From NCBI RefSeq assembly GCF_046119375.1, contig NW_027362761.1, forward strand, positions 712,690,001 through 712,754,000: 64,000 nt of DNA, read 5' to 3'. This document shows positions 12,054-23,121 of the stretch, in pieces (within the stretch, counting starts at the first letter, position 1; each line of letters opens with the position of its first letter). A program made the translations under genes and the position numbers. The stretch is from Phyllobates terribilis. Its lineage: Eukaryota. The notes under the pieces are model-generated. The model was not told the origin of the DNA. It did no database searches and worked only from the letters and a program-made list of their open reading frames with translations.

Positions 12054-12382
12054 CTGAACAATAAAAATATTTTATTATTACCCCATTAAAAACATTTCAG
12101 TATTGACATCACAACTCGGAAACTTTTTTTTTTTTTTTTTTTTTATATTTACCTTCACCTTGTTCTGGACTTGACCCGTCAGCAGACCTCTATAAAACAG
12201 GATATATACATCAGGGGTTTTTTGCACTTTTTTTTTACTCAATAATGATGAGATGTATGAGCAACACAAGGTTCTATAACTAGGTTCTTTAAGGGACACT
12301 TTTGGGCCCGTTCACACGTAGTGAATTGACTGCAGAAAATTATCACAGCAAATCTGCACCAAACGAGATCTATTACTTATAC

Positions 12383-12540
12383 AGGTTCATTGGCCATAGA
12401 CAATCTAAACAGCCTTAAAGACAAATGATTCAGCTGTTCAATAAAGAACACATCATTACATGCCCCAAGGCCAGCATGCAGTACTCCCAAGAACGCGGAG
12501 TGCAGCAGTCTCTTGTTTCCCCAAGTAAAAATGTTGTATC
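12383..12540 (-). CDS. Candidate host exon (YNIFTWGNKRLLHSAFLGVLHAGLGA...); 3' end uncertain
   Basis: Strong acceptor tgtttttctccag|G; only weak donors (gtaatg near 12459, gtataa at 12382). Confidence 0.3.
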
Positions 12541-12584
12541 CTGGAGAAAAACATTTGAAAGGCAACAATCCAGCTAGAATAAAC

Positions 12585-12790
12585 TGGTTTTCTTCCTCCG
12601 CATTTCCTTCCCCCGCTCCAAGATAGCCACCAGAGTGGCATTGGGGTGCAGTGGTTAGTTTGAACCAAGCCTCCCATGACTTACTTGTGCTGTAGGATCG
12701 GAAAGGTAGGGGAGGCAAGACTTACCACTGCACCCTCCAATGCCACTGCAGCGGCTATCTTGGAACAGGAGAAGGGAACGCTGAGGAGGC
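12585..12790. repeat. Imperfect palindrome adjoining the DIRS copy A junction
   Basis: ccaagatagcc...gtggcattggggtgcagtggt versus accactgcaccctccaatgccac...ggctatcttgg. Confidence 0.7.
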
Positions 12791-13122
12791 GGTGGGAGAA
12801 AAAAGGAGATTTTTGTGTACTCACCGTAAAATCTTTTTCTCTTAGCCTCTAATTGGGGGACACAGGATCATGGGTGTTATGCTGCTGTCCACCAGGAGGC
12901 GACAATAGGCTTAATCTGAAAAAGATTAACTGGTGGCTCCTCCTCTGCAGTATACACCACCTGAGGGCGTCAGCCATCTTCAGTTTTGTGCAAAAGCAGT
13001 AGGAGGAACGTAACATGGATAACATAAACATGCCTATAAGGCAACTATGTACGAGCTCAAGAAAAAACACCAATATGAGAACTCAACGTAACAACGGCCC
13101 GACACGGGCAACAGGGTGGGAG

Positions 13123-13230
13123 CTGTGTCCCCCAATTAGAGGCTAAGAGAAAGAGATTTTACGGTGAGTACACAAAAATCTCCTTTACTCTGTCGCCTCA
13201 TTGGGGGACACAGGACCTTGGGACGTCCAA
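13123..13230. repeat. DIRS internal complementary region (ICR), copy A
   Basis: ...gagtacacaaaaatctccTTTactctgtcgcctcattggggg... is complementary to the two element termini joined end to end. Confidence 0.92.
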
Positions 13231-13280
13231 AAGCAGTCCCTGGGTGGGAAGCAATGGACGAATATTGTGTAGACAGGCCC

Positions 13281-14325
13281 CTATTATTGGGGCACTGCCG
13301 CATGCAGGATACGTCTACCCAGGCTCGCATCTGCCTAGGATTGGGTATGAACGCTGTAGTGCTTGGTAAAAGTGTGTAGGCTAGTCGAGGTGGCTGCCTT
13401 ACACACTTGTTGTGTCGTAATGCCGGGTGCCGAATGGCCCAGGAGGCCCCTACCGCACGTGTAGACTGTGCCGTAATGCCTGCTGGAAGAGGAGAATTTT
13501 TGAGGCGGTAGGCCTTTTGTATGGTGGATTTGATCCACCTGGCAAGGGTAGCTTTGGAAGCTGGCAGACCCTTGCGGCCGCCTTCCAGAAGAATGAAGAG
13601 AGAATCAGACTTCCGGAAGGGCGCAGTCCTAGACACATAGATACGTAATGCTCTGACAAGGTCAAGCGTATGCAGATTCTTTTCCACTCTATGAACCGGG
13701 GCCAGACAGAGGGATGGCAGTGAAATTTCCTCATTGAGGTGGAAGTCGGACACAACCTTCGGAAGGAAGGATGGAACCGTACGGAGAACTACCTTGTCCT
13801 GGTAAAAAGCCAGGAAGGGTTGTCTGCAGGAGAGTGCTGTGAGTTCAGACACCCTACGTAGCGAGGTGATTGCCACTAGGAAAACCACCTTCTGGGATAG
13901 AAGGCGGAGTGGGACTTCCCTAAGGGGTTCAAAAGATGCTTCCTGCAATGCTGTCAGCACTAGGTTGAGATCCCACGTGTCTAGTGGTCTTCTGCAGGGG
14001 GGAACCAATCGGGAAACCCCCTGAAGAAATGTCCTTACTTGCTGCTTGTTAGCAATGCGCGTCTGAAAAAGCACAGAGAGAGCTGACACCTCGCTCTTAA
14101 GAGAGCCCAGAGACAGTTTGGCCTCCAGACCCGATTGTAGAAACCCAAGTACCCTGGGAAGGGAAAAAGAGAAAGGGGTCTGGTCACGAGAATCGCACCA
14201 AGTAAAGAAGGCTTTCCAGGTACGGTAATAGATCTTAGCAGAGTTTGGCTTCCGTGTCTGATCATGGTTTTAATGACGTCAGGCGAGAACCCTAACTTGG
14301 TTAAAACCCAGGTCTCAATGGCCAT
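13281..14325 (-). pseudogene. DIRS tyrosine recombinase, frameshifted
   Basis: SLRRVSEL, QSTR (H-x-x-R with H to Q), FTKHY; split across ORFs 14035-, 13136- and 13335-. Confidence 0.88.
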
Positions 14326-16190
14326 GCCGTCAAATTGAGGGCCCCTGAGTTCTGGTGGTAGAACGGGCCCTGTGACAGAAGATCCGGTCGGTTTGGGAGA
14401 CGCCAAGGAACGTCTGCTGTAAGCTGCACGATGTCCGCGTACCACGTACGTCTGGGCCAGTCTGGTGCGATGAGGATGGTTGGAACTCCTTGCTTGATCT
14501 TCCTCACCACTCTGGATATTAGGGGAAAAGGTGGAAAGATGTACAGGAGCTGAAACTGAGTCCAGTCCTGAACTAAGGCATCCGCTCCCAACGACCGCGG
14601 GTCGTGTGTTCTGGCCATGAAGTTGGAGACTTTGGCATTGAAGTGGGATGCCATTAGATCCAAGTCTGGAGTCCCCCAGCGGTGGCAGATCTGTTGAAAA
14701 ACTTCGGGATGGAGAGACCACTCCCCCAAGTCCATTGCCTGTCGGCTGAGGAAGTCTGCTTCCCAGTTGTCTACTCCTGGGATGTGGACCGCCGAGAGAA
14801 CCGAACCTGTGTCTTCCGCCCAATGGAGAATGTGTGTCACTTCTCGCATCACCTGGGCACTGCGGGTCCCCCTTGGTGATTGACATATGCCACAGCCGAG
14901 GCAATGTCTGACTGTACTCTGATGTGAGAGGCTGCCAGTAGATGATGGAAGGCTCTCAACGCCAGGAAAATGGCACGAATTTCCAAGATGTTGATGGGCA
15001 TGGTCGCTTCTGTTGGGGACCACTTGCCCTGTGCTCTGTGGTGCAGGTGTACCGCACCCCAACCCGTCAGGCTCGCATCGGTGGTCAGAACTTTCCATTG
15101 ACTCGTGAGAAAGGATTTTCCCTTTGACAACGAGGTTGGCTTGAGCCACCAGTGCAGAGATCTCTTGGTTGACCACGTCAACTGAAACTCCTAAACTTCT
15201 AATCTATGATTCCCTGTCGAGAGAAAAAGGATTCCTGTCCCATGACTTGAGGATGGCTAATTGGAGAGGCCTGAGGAGAAGCTGGGCATATGCGACCGCT
15301 TCTATTGCCGCCACAATCCCGACAAGGACTTTCATGGCAAACCGGAAAGACCGAGGGGGTTTGCGAAGTAGGGTACGGACTCCTATTCGAAGAGGCAGTG
15401 CTTTGTCCTTGGGGAGTAGTACTAGACCCTTGAGGGTGTTGAATTACATTCCCAAAAAGGTGAGAGACTGACTCGGGGTTGGTGATGACTTTTTTAAGTT
15501 GACTAACCAGCCCAAACGACTCAGAATATCGATTGTGATTGAGACACTGATTTCGCAGTCCTTGAAGGTGGGAGCCTTGATGAGGAGATCGTCCAGATAT
15601 GGAACCACTATTATGCCTCTAGAGTGCAGGACATCCATGGTAACCACCATGACCTTGGTGAACACTCTGGGAGCCGTGGCGAGCCCGAACGGGAGAGCCA
15701 CGAACTGGTAGTGTTCCTGGTCGATTGCGAATCTGAGAAATCTCTGATGAGCTGGTGCAATTGGTATATGTAGGTATGCGTCTTGAATGTCTATGGAGGC
15801 GAGAAATTCTCCCTTCTCCATGGACGCAATGATGGACCGAAGGGACTCCATGCTAAAATGACGTACCCGTACATATTTGTTGAGTTGTTTTAGATCCAAT
15901 ATGGGCCGTACGCTGCCTCCATTTTTGGGGACTACGAATAAATTTGAGTAGAACCCCTGGAAGCGCTCGGCCGTGGGGACCGTTACTATGACACCTGCTT
16001 GGAGAAGCAATAAAACCGCGTGGTGGAATGCACGAGCCTTGGCTGGCGGTTTTGGGGGAACAGACAGAAAGAATCTGTTTGGCGGGGTGGAAGTGAACTC
16101 TATCTCGTATCCTGAAGACACTAGTTCTCTGACCCACCTGTCTTCTGTAATAGGCAGCCAAACCTGATGAAAGAGCAAAAGACGGCCGCC
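14301..16190 (-). pseudogene. DIRS pol: reverse transcriptase, RNase H, Dam-like methyltransferase; disrupted
   Basis: LPFGLATAP, YLDD, TTDASLTGWG, DLMASHFN, LYIFPPFPLI; stop at 15444 and frameshifts near 15200 and 14880. Confidence 0.9.
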
Positions 16191-16221
16191 TACAGGTGGG
16201 GTGTCTTCCAGAGTTGGTGAG

Positions 16222-17799
16222 TCATGATGAGGGGGAAGTGAGAGACTTTCCGCTCTTTAATTTTGACTGGCCTGCGTTTGATTGCCAGGTCTTGTCCGAC
16301 TTTTGCGTCGACCTCGACTTGTCCCTGCGTGGAGCGCGGCTATTATTCTGTGCTGGTCGCGAGACGGACCAGCCAGAAGAGCTCCGAAAGGATCGGTAAC
16401 GTGCCTGATTACGGTTTTTATAAGTGCGTTTTGGCTTCAGTTGAGGGAGGGAGGTACTTTTACCCCCGGTAGCGTTGGATATCATTGTGTCCAACTGTTC
16501 ACCGAAAAGCCGACCATTGAGGTACGGGAGGCGAGTGAGGGACTTCTTTGAAGCTGCGTCTGCTTTCCATTCTCGCAGCCAGAGGATAAGCCGAATCGTG
16601 ATGGTGTTGGAAGCTATCCTGGCTGAACTCCTTGCAGAATCCAGAACTGCATGGAGCATGTAATCTGTGACAACTGCTATTTGGGCAGCCTGGTCCGACA
16701 GTTCAGGGGTAGATGTTTGTAGGGCAGTTTCTAAATTTTGGGCCCAGGCCAGGATTGCTTTGGCAGCCCAAACTGAGGCGAACAAGGTTGTCAGGGAGGC
16801 CCCTGCGGCCTCGAAAATTGAATGAGCCATGCGTTCTACCTGCCGGTCTGCTGTGTCCCTGAGGGTTGAGCTATCTGGCAGTGAAAGAAGTGTCTGAGCT
16901 GCTAGTCTGGAGACTGGAGGGTCCACTTCAGGTGGATCTGTCCACTTTTTGGTGACCTTTTGTGGAAAGGGGTACAGCGCTTCCAGATATTTGTGATTAG
17001 TAAACTTTTTCTCAGGTTGTGAGAACTGCTTTTTAAGGATCGCATCAAACTCTGGGTGGTCAAAAAAGACCTTAAGCGGTTTCAGGACTCCTTCAAAGGA
17101 AATTTTATGTCCTGGTGTCTCCAGGGGTGGATCGGAGATGTCCAGCACCCGATGAATAGATGAGATTAAATCATCAACGAGCACTGTATTGCCCGGGGGA
17201 ATAGGGATCAGGGACCCTTCAGTTTCCTTGTCTGAGTCGGAATCACAGGTGTCTTCCGAATCCTGTATCTCGCTGAGGCGTCTCCTGCTGGGAGAACCGG
17301 AGCGGGGACCTTCTCTGGTCAGGGATGGCTGCGGGGATCTGTGTTGTCTGTCCCTGTCAGGGGATGGTCTAGATGAGCTGGGAGTACGGTGTCTCACGCT
17401 AGAAGGGGACGACCTTGTGGTATGGGATGACGCAGATGAACGAGACCTATGGGTTCGCTTGCGTCCTGATCTAGACGTGGATGTGCCATCATGTCCCTGA
17501 GTGGAACTCTCCCTTTGAGTAGTATTTATAGCTGGTTGAGTCTGCAGAGCCTGAAGCAATGTGGTAATAGATTGCGACATCTGTGTGGCCCATTCCGGTG
17601 TGGTATTAAGCACCGAGGCATATGTAAGGGCTTCATGGGGCTCTGGCGTAGCAGTTTGCATGCAATCCTGACAATGCGGGTACGTGCTGCCACTAGGGAG
17701 AGTATTATTGCAGGCTGTACAGAATGCATAATAGCAATCCTGCCTGGTTCTCTTGGACTTTGAGCCCGGCATAGTGTTTGTGTCCCAAAGCCAGTGCAC
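16222..17799 (-). CDS. DIRS ORF1 (gag-like), open 525-aa frame
   Basis: N-terminal CxxC...CxxC motif, Ser/Arg-rich linker, PPEVDPPVSRL region; upstream of pol inside the element; homologous to 51964-53061. Confidence 0.85.
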   Translation of the reverse strand: MHWLWDTNTMPGSKSKRTRQDCYYAFCTACNNTLPSGSTYPHCQDCMQTATPEPHEALTYASVLNTTPEWATQMSQSITTLLQALQTQPAINTTQRESSTQGHDGTSTSRSGRKRTHRSRSSASSHTTRSSPSSVRHRTPSSSRPSPDRDRQHRSPQPSLTREGPRSGSPSRRRLSEIQDSEDTCDSDSDKETEGSLIPIPPGNTVLVDDLISSIHRVLDISDPPLETPGHKISFEGVLKPLKVFFDHPEFDAILKKQFSQPEKKFTNHKYLEALYPFPQKVTKKWTDPPEVDPPVSRLAAQTLLSLPDSSTLRDTADRQVERMAHSIFEAAGASLTTLFASVWAAKAILAWAQNLETALQTSTPELSDQAAQIAVVTDYMLHAVLDSARSSARIASNTITIRLILWLREWKADAASKKSLTRLPYLNGRLFGEQLDTMISNATGGKSTSLPQLKPKRTYKNRNQARYRSFRSSSGWSVSRPAQNNSRAPRRDKSRSTQKSDKTWQSNAGQSKLKSGKSLTSPSS

Positions 17800-19083
17800 T
17801 AACCACTGAGCTATACACTCAGCTCAGGGGTGGCTATGCAGAGGGGGCCAGCGATACAGAGTGGTTATGCAGAGGGGGCCAGCAGTGCAGAGAAGTTGTA
17901 AGCCTCACAGCGGAATAGAGACTCTAGCTGTGGATTTATCCCACCTTAATGTGCCTGCTTTAGTCCAGCGCCGGTAACATCCAAAATCCTGTGCCCCCCG
18001 GAGACCAGCTGGCGACCTGTATGTGAGGAGTTAACTTCCTCTGCGCTGTTAATGGCCGCCGGAGTGAGGATAAGAAGAGGGGCGGAGCGCTGAAAAGGCG
18101 GCAGCGTTGCTAGAAAGCGCGCCCTTCAGTTCGTCTCCGCCCCCTGTATGACACTGTGTAGTGTCATAATGGTCATCCGGGGGGGGGGGGAGCCGCGGAG
18201 TAAATTTAGAAAGTATGCTCAAAAGGGCTCCAGGACGGCGCGGTAGTCCGGGGGGGTAGCAGATATGAATCGGACCCGGACCACCCCCCCTCCCGTTTTT
18301 TAATGGCAGGGAGGGCGGTGGGGATATATATAAAAAGGGAGCCCTTAAAGGGTTCCTGTGAGGCACCGTAGCTCTGGTGCCGGCAGAGATACAGAGCTGT
18401 AAGCAGCCTGTGTCTCTGTATTGTCCTTCTGCAAGCACTGTCCCCCGGTCCATCAACGATCCCTGTACGTTGGTGCAGAGCACTCTGCACAGATCCTACC
18501 TGCGGTGTCTCAACCTAATACCCCCATGAGGGGGATTAGGGAGGGTGCTGCCGTCACCGTCAGGAGGCTGTAATCCTCACTCAACTTCAACCCAGAGACC
18601 AAAAGGAATTGGGGAAGGAGGGGGGTTCTCAACTTCGAACCAACACCCGAGGGGCTGGGGAAGGAGCGACATGGTAAGGAGAATTCTCAACTTCAACTGT
18701 GCACCCCCAGACGGGGGCAGAGGAAGGAGCCATGCCGGGAGTCTCTTCAGAGACCCACTTATCTTCATCTGTAACTCCGTGGAAAAAATTTAGAAAAAAA
18801 AAAAAAATAGTGGAGTAAAAATCTTTAGGTGTGCCTCCTTGCGACACTAAGCAAAAACTGAAGATGGCTGACGCCCTCAGGTGGTGTATACTGCAGAGGA
18901 GGAGCCACCGTTAATCTTTTCCAGATTAAGCCTAGTGTCGCCTCCTAGTGGACAGCAGCATAACACCCAAGGTCCTGTGTCCCCCAATGAGGCGACAGAG
19001 TAAATGAGGACGCCAGGTAGGATGATTGTATAGGAGAAATGTCTAGTATTTTTTCTGTCCTAGGGTGTGGTGTTGCTTTAAAG

Positions 19084-19245
19084 CAGTGGTTCTCAACTCC
19101 AGTCCTCAAGACCCACCAACAGATCATGTTTTCAGCATTTCATAGTATTACACAGGTAATAATTCCATCACCTGTGCAAATACTAAGGAAATCCTGAAAA
19201 CATGATCTGTTGGTGGCTCTTGAGGACTAGAGTTGAGAACCACTG
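19084..19245. mobile_element. hAT (Charlie-like) MITE, 162 bp
   Basis: TIR CAGTGGTTCTCAACT; perfect 8-bp TSD CTTTAAAG; near-palindromic throughout. Confidence 0.93.
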
Positions 19246-19251
19246 CTTTAA

Positions 19252-20486
19252 AGGGTAACGGTCAACAGGTTTTTCATACCTAATCCAAAAGCAACATAAT
19301 GTAGGGGCATTGACACTGAATTCAGCATATCATAGAATCATAGAATCATAGAATGGTAGAGTTGGAAGGGACCTCCTGGGTCATCTGGTCCAACCCCCTG
19401 CTCAAAGCAGGATTCACTAGATCATCTCAGACAGATGTCTGTCCAGCCTCTGTTTGAAGACGTCCATTGAAGGGGAACTCACCACCTCTCGTGGCAGCCT
19501 GTTCCACTCATTAATCACCCTAACTGTCAAAAAGTTTTTTCTAATATCTAATCTGTGTCTCCTCCCATTTAGTTTCATCCCATTGCTTCTAGTCTTTCCT
19601 TGTGCAAATGAGAATAAAGATGATCCTTCTACAATGTGACAGCCCTTGACATATTTGTAGACAGCTATTAAGTCTCCTCTCAGTCGTCTTTTTTGCAAGG
19701 TAAACATTCCCAAATCCTGCAACCGTTCCTCATAGGACATGGTTTGCAGACCAGTCACCATTCTGGTCGCTCTTCTCTGAACTTGCTCCAGTTTGTCTAT
19801 GTCTTTTTTAAAATGTGGTGCCCAAAACTGTACACAGTATTCCAGATGAGGTCTGACCAAAGAGGAGTAAAGACCGATAATGACTTCACGTGATCTAGAC
19901 TGTATGCTTCTGTTAATACATCCCAGAATTGTATTTGCCTTTTTTGCTGCTGCATCACACTGTTGACTCATGTTCAGTCTATGATCTATTAGTATACCTA
20001 AGTCTTTTTCACATGTACTGTTGCTTAGCTCTATTCCTCCCATTCTGTATATGCTTTTTTCATTTTTATTGCCCAGATGTAGTACTTTGCATTTTTCCCT
20101 GTTAAAAACCATTCTGTTGGTTGCTGCCCACTGCTCCAGTTTATTTAGGTCTTTTTGAATCCTCTCTCTCTCTTCTCTAGTATTGTCACTTACTAGGCTG
20201 CTTAATGTAGTTTTTTGAAAAATTGCCATGTTATCGGCAGATTATCACTAGAGGACTACTTGGCCTGCCGCCAGGCAGTCCAACCACACCCCCACCACTG
20301 ACTGGCAGCTTTCTGCTTATGCACAATCAGTGGTGTAAGCGGGGTTATACAGAGCTCAGCACAACAATGATTTCATTAGCCTCATAGGCATTTTGCCTTC
20401 CACTGGATCAACATGTTAGGTTATAGTTTGAAGTCGATGGGACTTTTGTCAAGGGAGGGGTGTGTATCTGCTGTTTTTAGGTTCCT
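19252..20486. mobile_element. T2/Kolobok-type MITE interrupted by a CR1 fragment
   Basis: TTAA-agggtaac...ggttcct-TTAA; flanks of the CR1 rejoin and resemble the MITE at 47014-47414. Confidence 0.65.
19329..20184 (-). mobile_element. 5'-truncated CR1 LINE (RT C-terminus, 3'UTR, (ATTCTATG)n tail)
   Basis: ORF 19417-20229 matches the C-terminus of the 854-aa ORF at 53487; ttctatga tail repeats. Confidence 0.95.
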
Positions 20487-21488
20487 TTAAAAAGAACAGG
20501 AAAAACAATAAACACAGGTGCTAACCTAGCTTTATAAGATATACTTATTTGGAGGGGGGACGGGACAATAATGTTGACCACAACTGTAAAAGATAAAGCA
20601 TTCAAAAAGCCTTATGTAACCAAAGCTGGCACAAAAACCTATAGCTTGCCACACAGTCATAGTCAATGGAGCAAAACTCTCAAAACGTGTTTTTTTAATA
20701 CATCTTATGTTTTACACTGTTTACAAAATATAAAAAAATTACATTGACTTTTTGGTACATTACATGGTGTCTTAATCCTAATGATTAAAGCCTGGTCTCC
20801 AGGTTTTCCTCTAAGCAACTGCCACTGTTTAAATGGGGAAGATGGAACCACGTACTAATGGTCAGTGATATCCTATGAGTCTCTAGAAACCTCAGAACAT
20901 CTACAAAGGGTAGTTTCCTAGCTCCTTTTTTCTCAACAGCTTACTAAATTACTAGCAATGCCATGTGTACAAGATGTACAGGCAGGTTCAAAGCTTAAAA
21001 CATTCAGTATGACAGCTTCATGAGAAGATTAACTTAAAATAGTTACAGCTAAGTCAAGCCAATTAAAGCGAATATCTATGACACCTAATATGTCGCAAAC
21101 TTATATTTTACTTACTTTCTGGCCTTTGTCCTTATGAAATACGAACACAGGAGGTGCTATAGCTGGTTTTTCTGCAGGCGGGGGGAAAAAAAAAAAAAAT
21201 AAATAAAAAAAAAGACCTTAGTTTTTCCAGCAACAAAAAACAAACAAACCCACAAACCCTCAAACTACCAAAAAAGTGATTAACATCTGGATAAAGAAAA
21301 AATTCATGAAAGAAAAAAACCTATATATTGAAATCCAACATGTCAGGGGCCAAAAACAAAAATCAGGCATCTGCTGTCAGGGGAGAGTCAGCAAACATCT
21401 ATATAGAAGTTATTCACTGCCTGTAGTTCCATGTAGAACCTTCTTGTGTAGCAGGGTCAGGCAAATCAGACTGGTGTAGAAGACTCAC

Positions 21489-21636
21489 CGCAGAATTGAG
21501 GGGGTTGGATTTACCACCGCAGCTAGTAACAATCCTATGTGAAAGCCAAACAATGCGGAGCAGCATCATGTCTCCAGTACAGCTGTTTGTGACTGTGCTG
21601 TGACATGTAAGACTGGAGGACCACTGTGAACAAGCA
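21489..21636 (-). other. Candidate 148-nt host exon, product unknown
   Basis: Acceptor atttcacttctcccag, donor GCG|gtgagt; one of three frames open (ACSQWSSSLTCHS...KSNPLNSA). Confidence 0.35.
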
Positions 21637-21977
21637 CTGGGAGAAGTGAAATATTAATATACTCCAAGCAGATTTTGCTGGGGATTATGCCAGATTCACA
21701 TCAGATGTCACCACTACTATATTGAAAGTAGTGAAATCTGCAGTGAAAAGTTGGGCAAACCCAACATATTGACCGACCGAGCTTAATGTGAATAGTGGTC
21801 ATTTGACTTCCCCTCTACTCCCAGATGATGGGGAAGAGAAGGATCCGGCTTCATAAATTTCACTGGCTGATCCTTTTGTTCACGCTGTAAATTACCCACC
21901 ACAACAGTCTGACAGTGGGTCTCAGAGTACAGGAACATTTGTCTGAGAATTTTTGTGAATGGCAAACTTGAGAATGT

Positions 21978-22203
21978 CATTTGGAGGACGGGATTTTTTA
22001 GGGGTGTGCTTATATTCTGCCATCAAGAGCATACCATTCCTCTGCATCCTGCTTGCTGTGAGGCAGGGCACTCACCATCCGCCAGCCTGATCTGTCATTC
22101 TGCAGGAGTGCCCTGCCTCACGGCAAGCAGGAGGCAGAGGAATGGTATGCTCTTGATGGCAGAATATAAGCACACCCCTAAAAAATCCCGTCCTCCAATG
22201 TGA
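21978..22203. mobile_element. Palindromic MITE-like element
   Basis: ~100-bp inverted arms; the same peptide WRTGFFRGVLIFCHQEHTIPL is read on both strands. Confidence 0.75.
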
Positions 22204-22793
22204 ACTGCTGTGAACTGTGCGCTCTTCTATGCTGCTAAGCAGAGGATGCTTTGACTGCAGCATGGAAGAAGCCCACACAATAATGATGGCACTTTAGCAG
22301 AGACAAAGCTAAAAGCCAAGGCACAGCTGGAAACAGGAGGTGCCTGTAGATTTAAGGCCCCATTCATCATTTGAAGTCATTTATCTTGTGGTGTTCACTG
22401 ACCTTTTTGCACCATATTCTTCATAATGGCAAGTGCAGTTTATGAATTTGTTGCAAAATCAAAAATGCCATTTATTTTTTATCTTTAAATCCTTTAAGTC
22501 ACAGAAATGAGCCTCCAAACTGAAATGAAAACTCTGCCAGAAACCTTACTCCAGGCAGGGACTTCAGGGAGATGTGCTAAAAAAAGTGACATTGGTAAAA
22601 GTCACATTTTATGAATCAACAACTGGCAAAGTTGTGAAAAGAAGAAAAAAAAAGAGTCTTATAGAAAGTCAACCTAAAAAAGTGGTGCAAACCCTATAGA
22701 GAATAGGGTGCAAATACTAAAAGGCACTAAAAAAAGAGCAAATTACTCCACAAAAAGCAGACAGACAACAATGATTAGTTGGGCAGGTCCTTG

Positions 22794-23121
22794 GGCTCTG
22801 TTCACCTCAGTTTAGGATTTCTGTTTAGTTTAGAAGTGAAATGAAACGAATAGCATCATGCGCATTCCTGTTTCATATGGAAGCAGAGAGGTCCACTGAT
22901 TTATATGTAAATGCCGTCCATTTGTTTATACTTTATAACAGAAGTAGCAGCTTTGTCTATAGGACTTCATTTTCTCTCTAAATAAACAAAAGGCAGACGA
23001 GTCCCATATTAATGGGGACCCTCGGCTTCCATTTGAAATGGGACTGCACAGGATGCCATTTCCGTTTATCTGTTCTAAAAGAAAAAGCAACTGTAACACA
23101 AATGGTCGTGTGAATAGAGCC
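22794..23121. mobile_element. Harbinger-type MITE
   Basis: TIR GGCTCT(G/A)TTCAC, followed by tta on the right. Confidence 0.55.

Larger units (their letters stand above)
12802..19004 (-). mobile_element. DIRS1-like tyrosine-recombinase retrotransposon, copy A (~6.2 kb, complete structure)
   Basis: Inverted terminal repeats (~12850-13000 vs ~18850-18985), internal complementary region, gag, RT/RNaseH/MT and YR ORFs; AAA at both ends, no TSD. Confidence 0.95.

Noticed and set aside
13164-17763. Plus-strand ORFs over DIRS copy A
   Set aside because: Antisense shadows of GC-rich coding sequence with no recognisable domains.
21454-21603. GSGKS P-loop-like peptide on the plus strand
   Set aside because: The Walker A motif is incomplete, the frame stops after ~49 codons with no good donor, and it overlaps a better minus-strand exon candidate.
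21489-21636. In-frame TGA read as selenocysteine in frame 3 of the candidate exon
   Set aside because: No recognisable selenoprotein motif or SECIS, and another frame is fully open.
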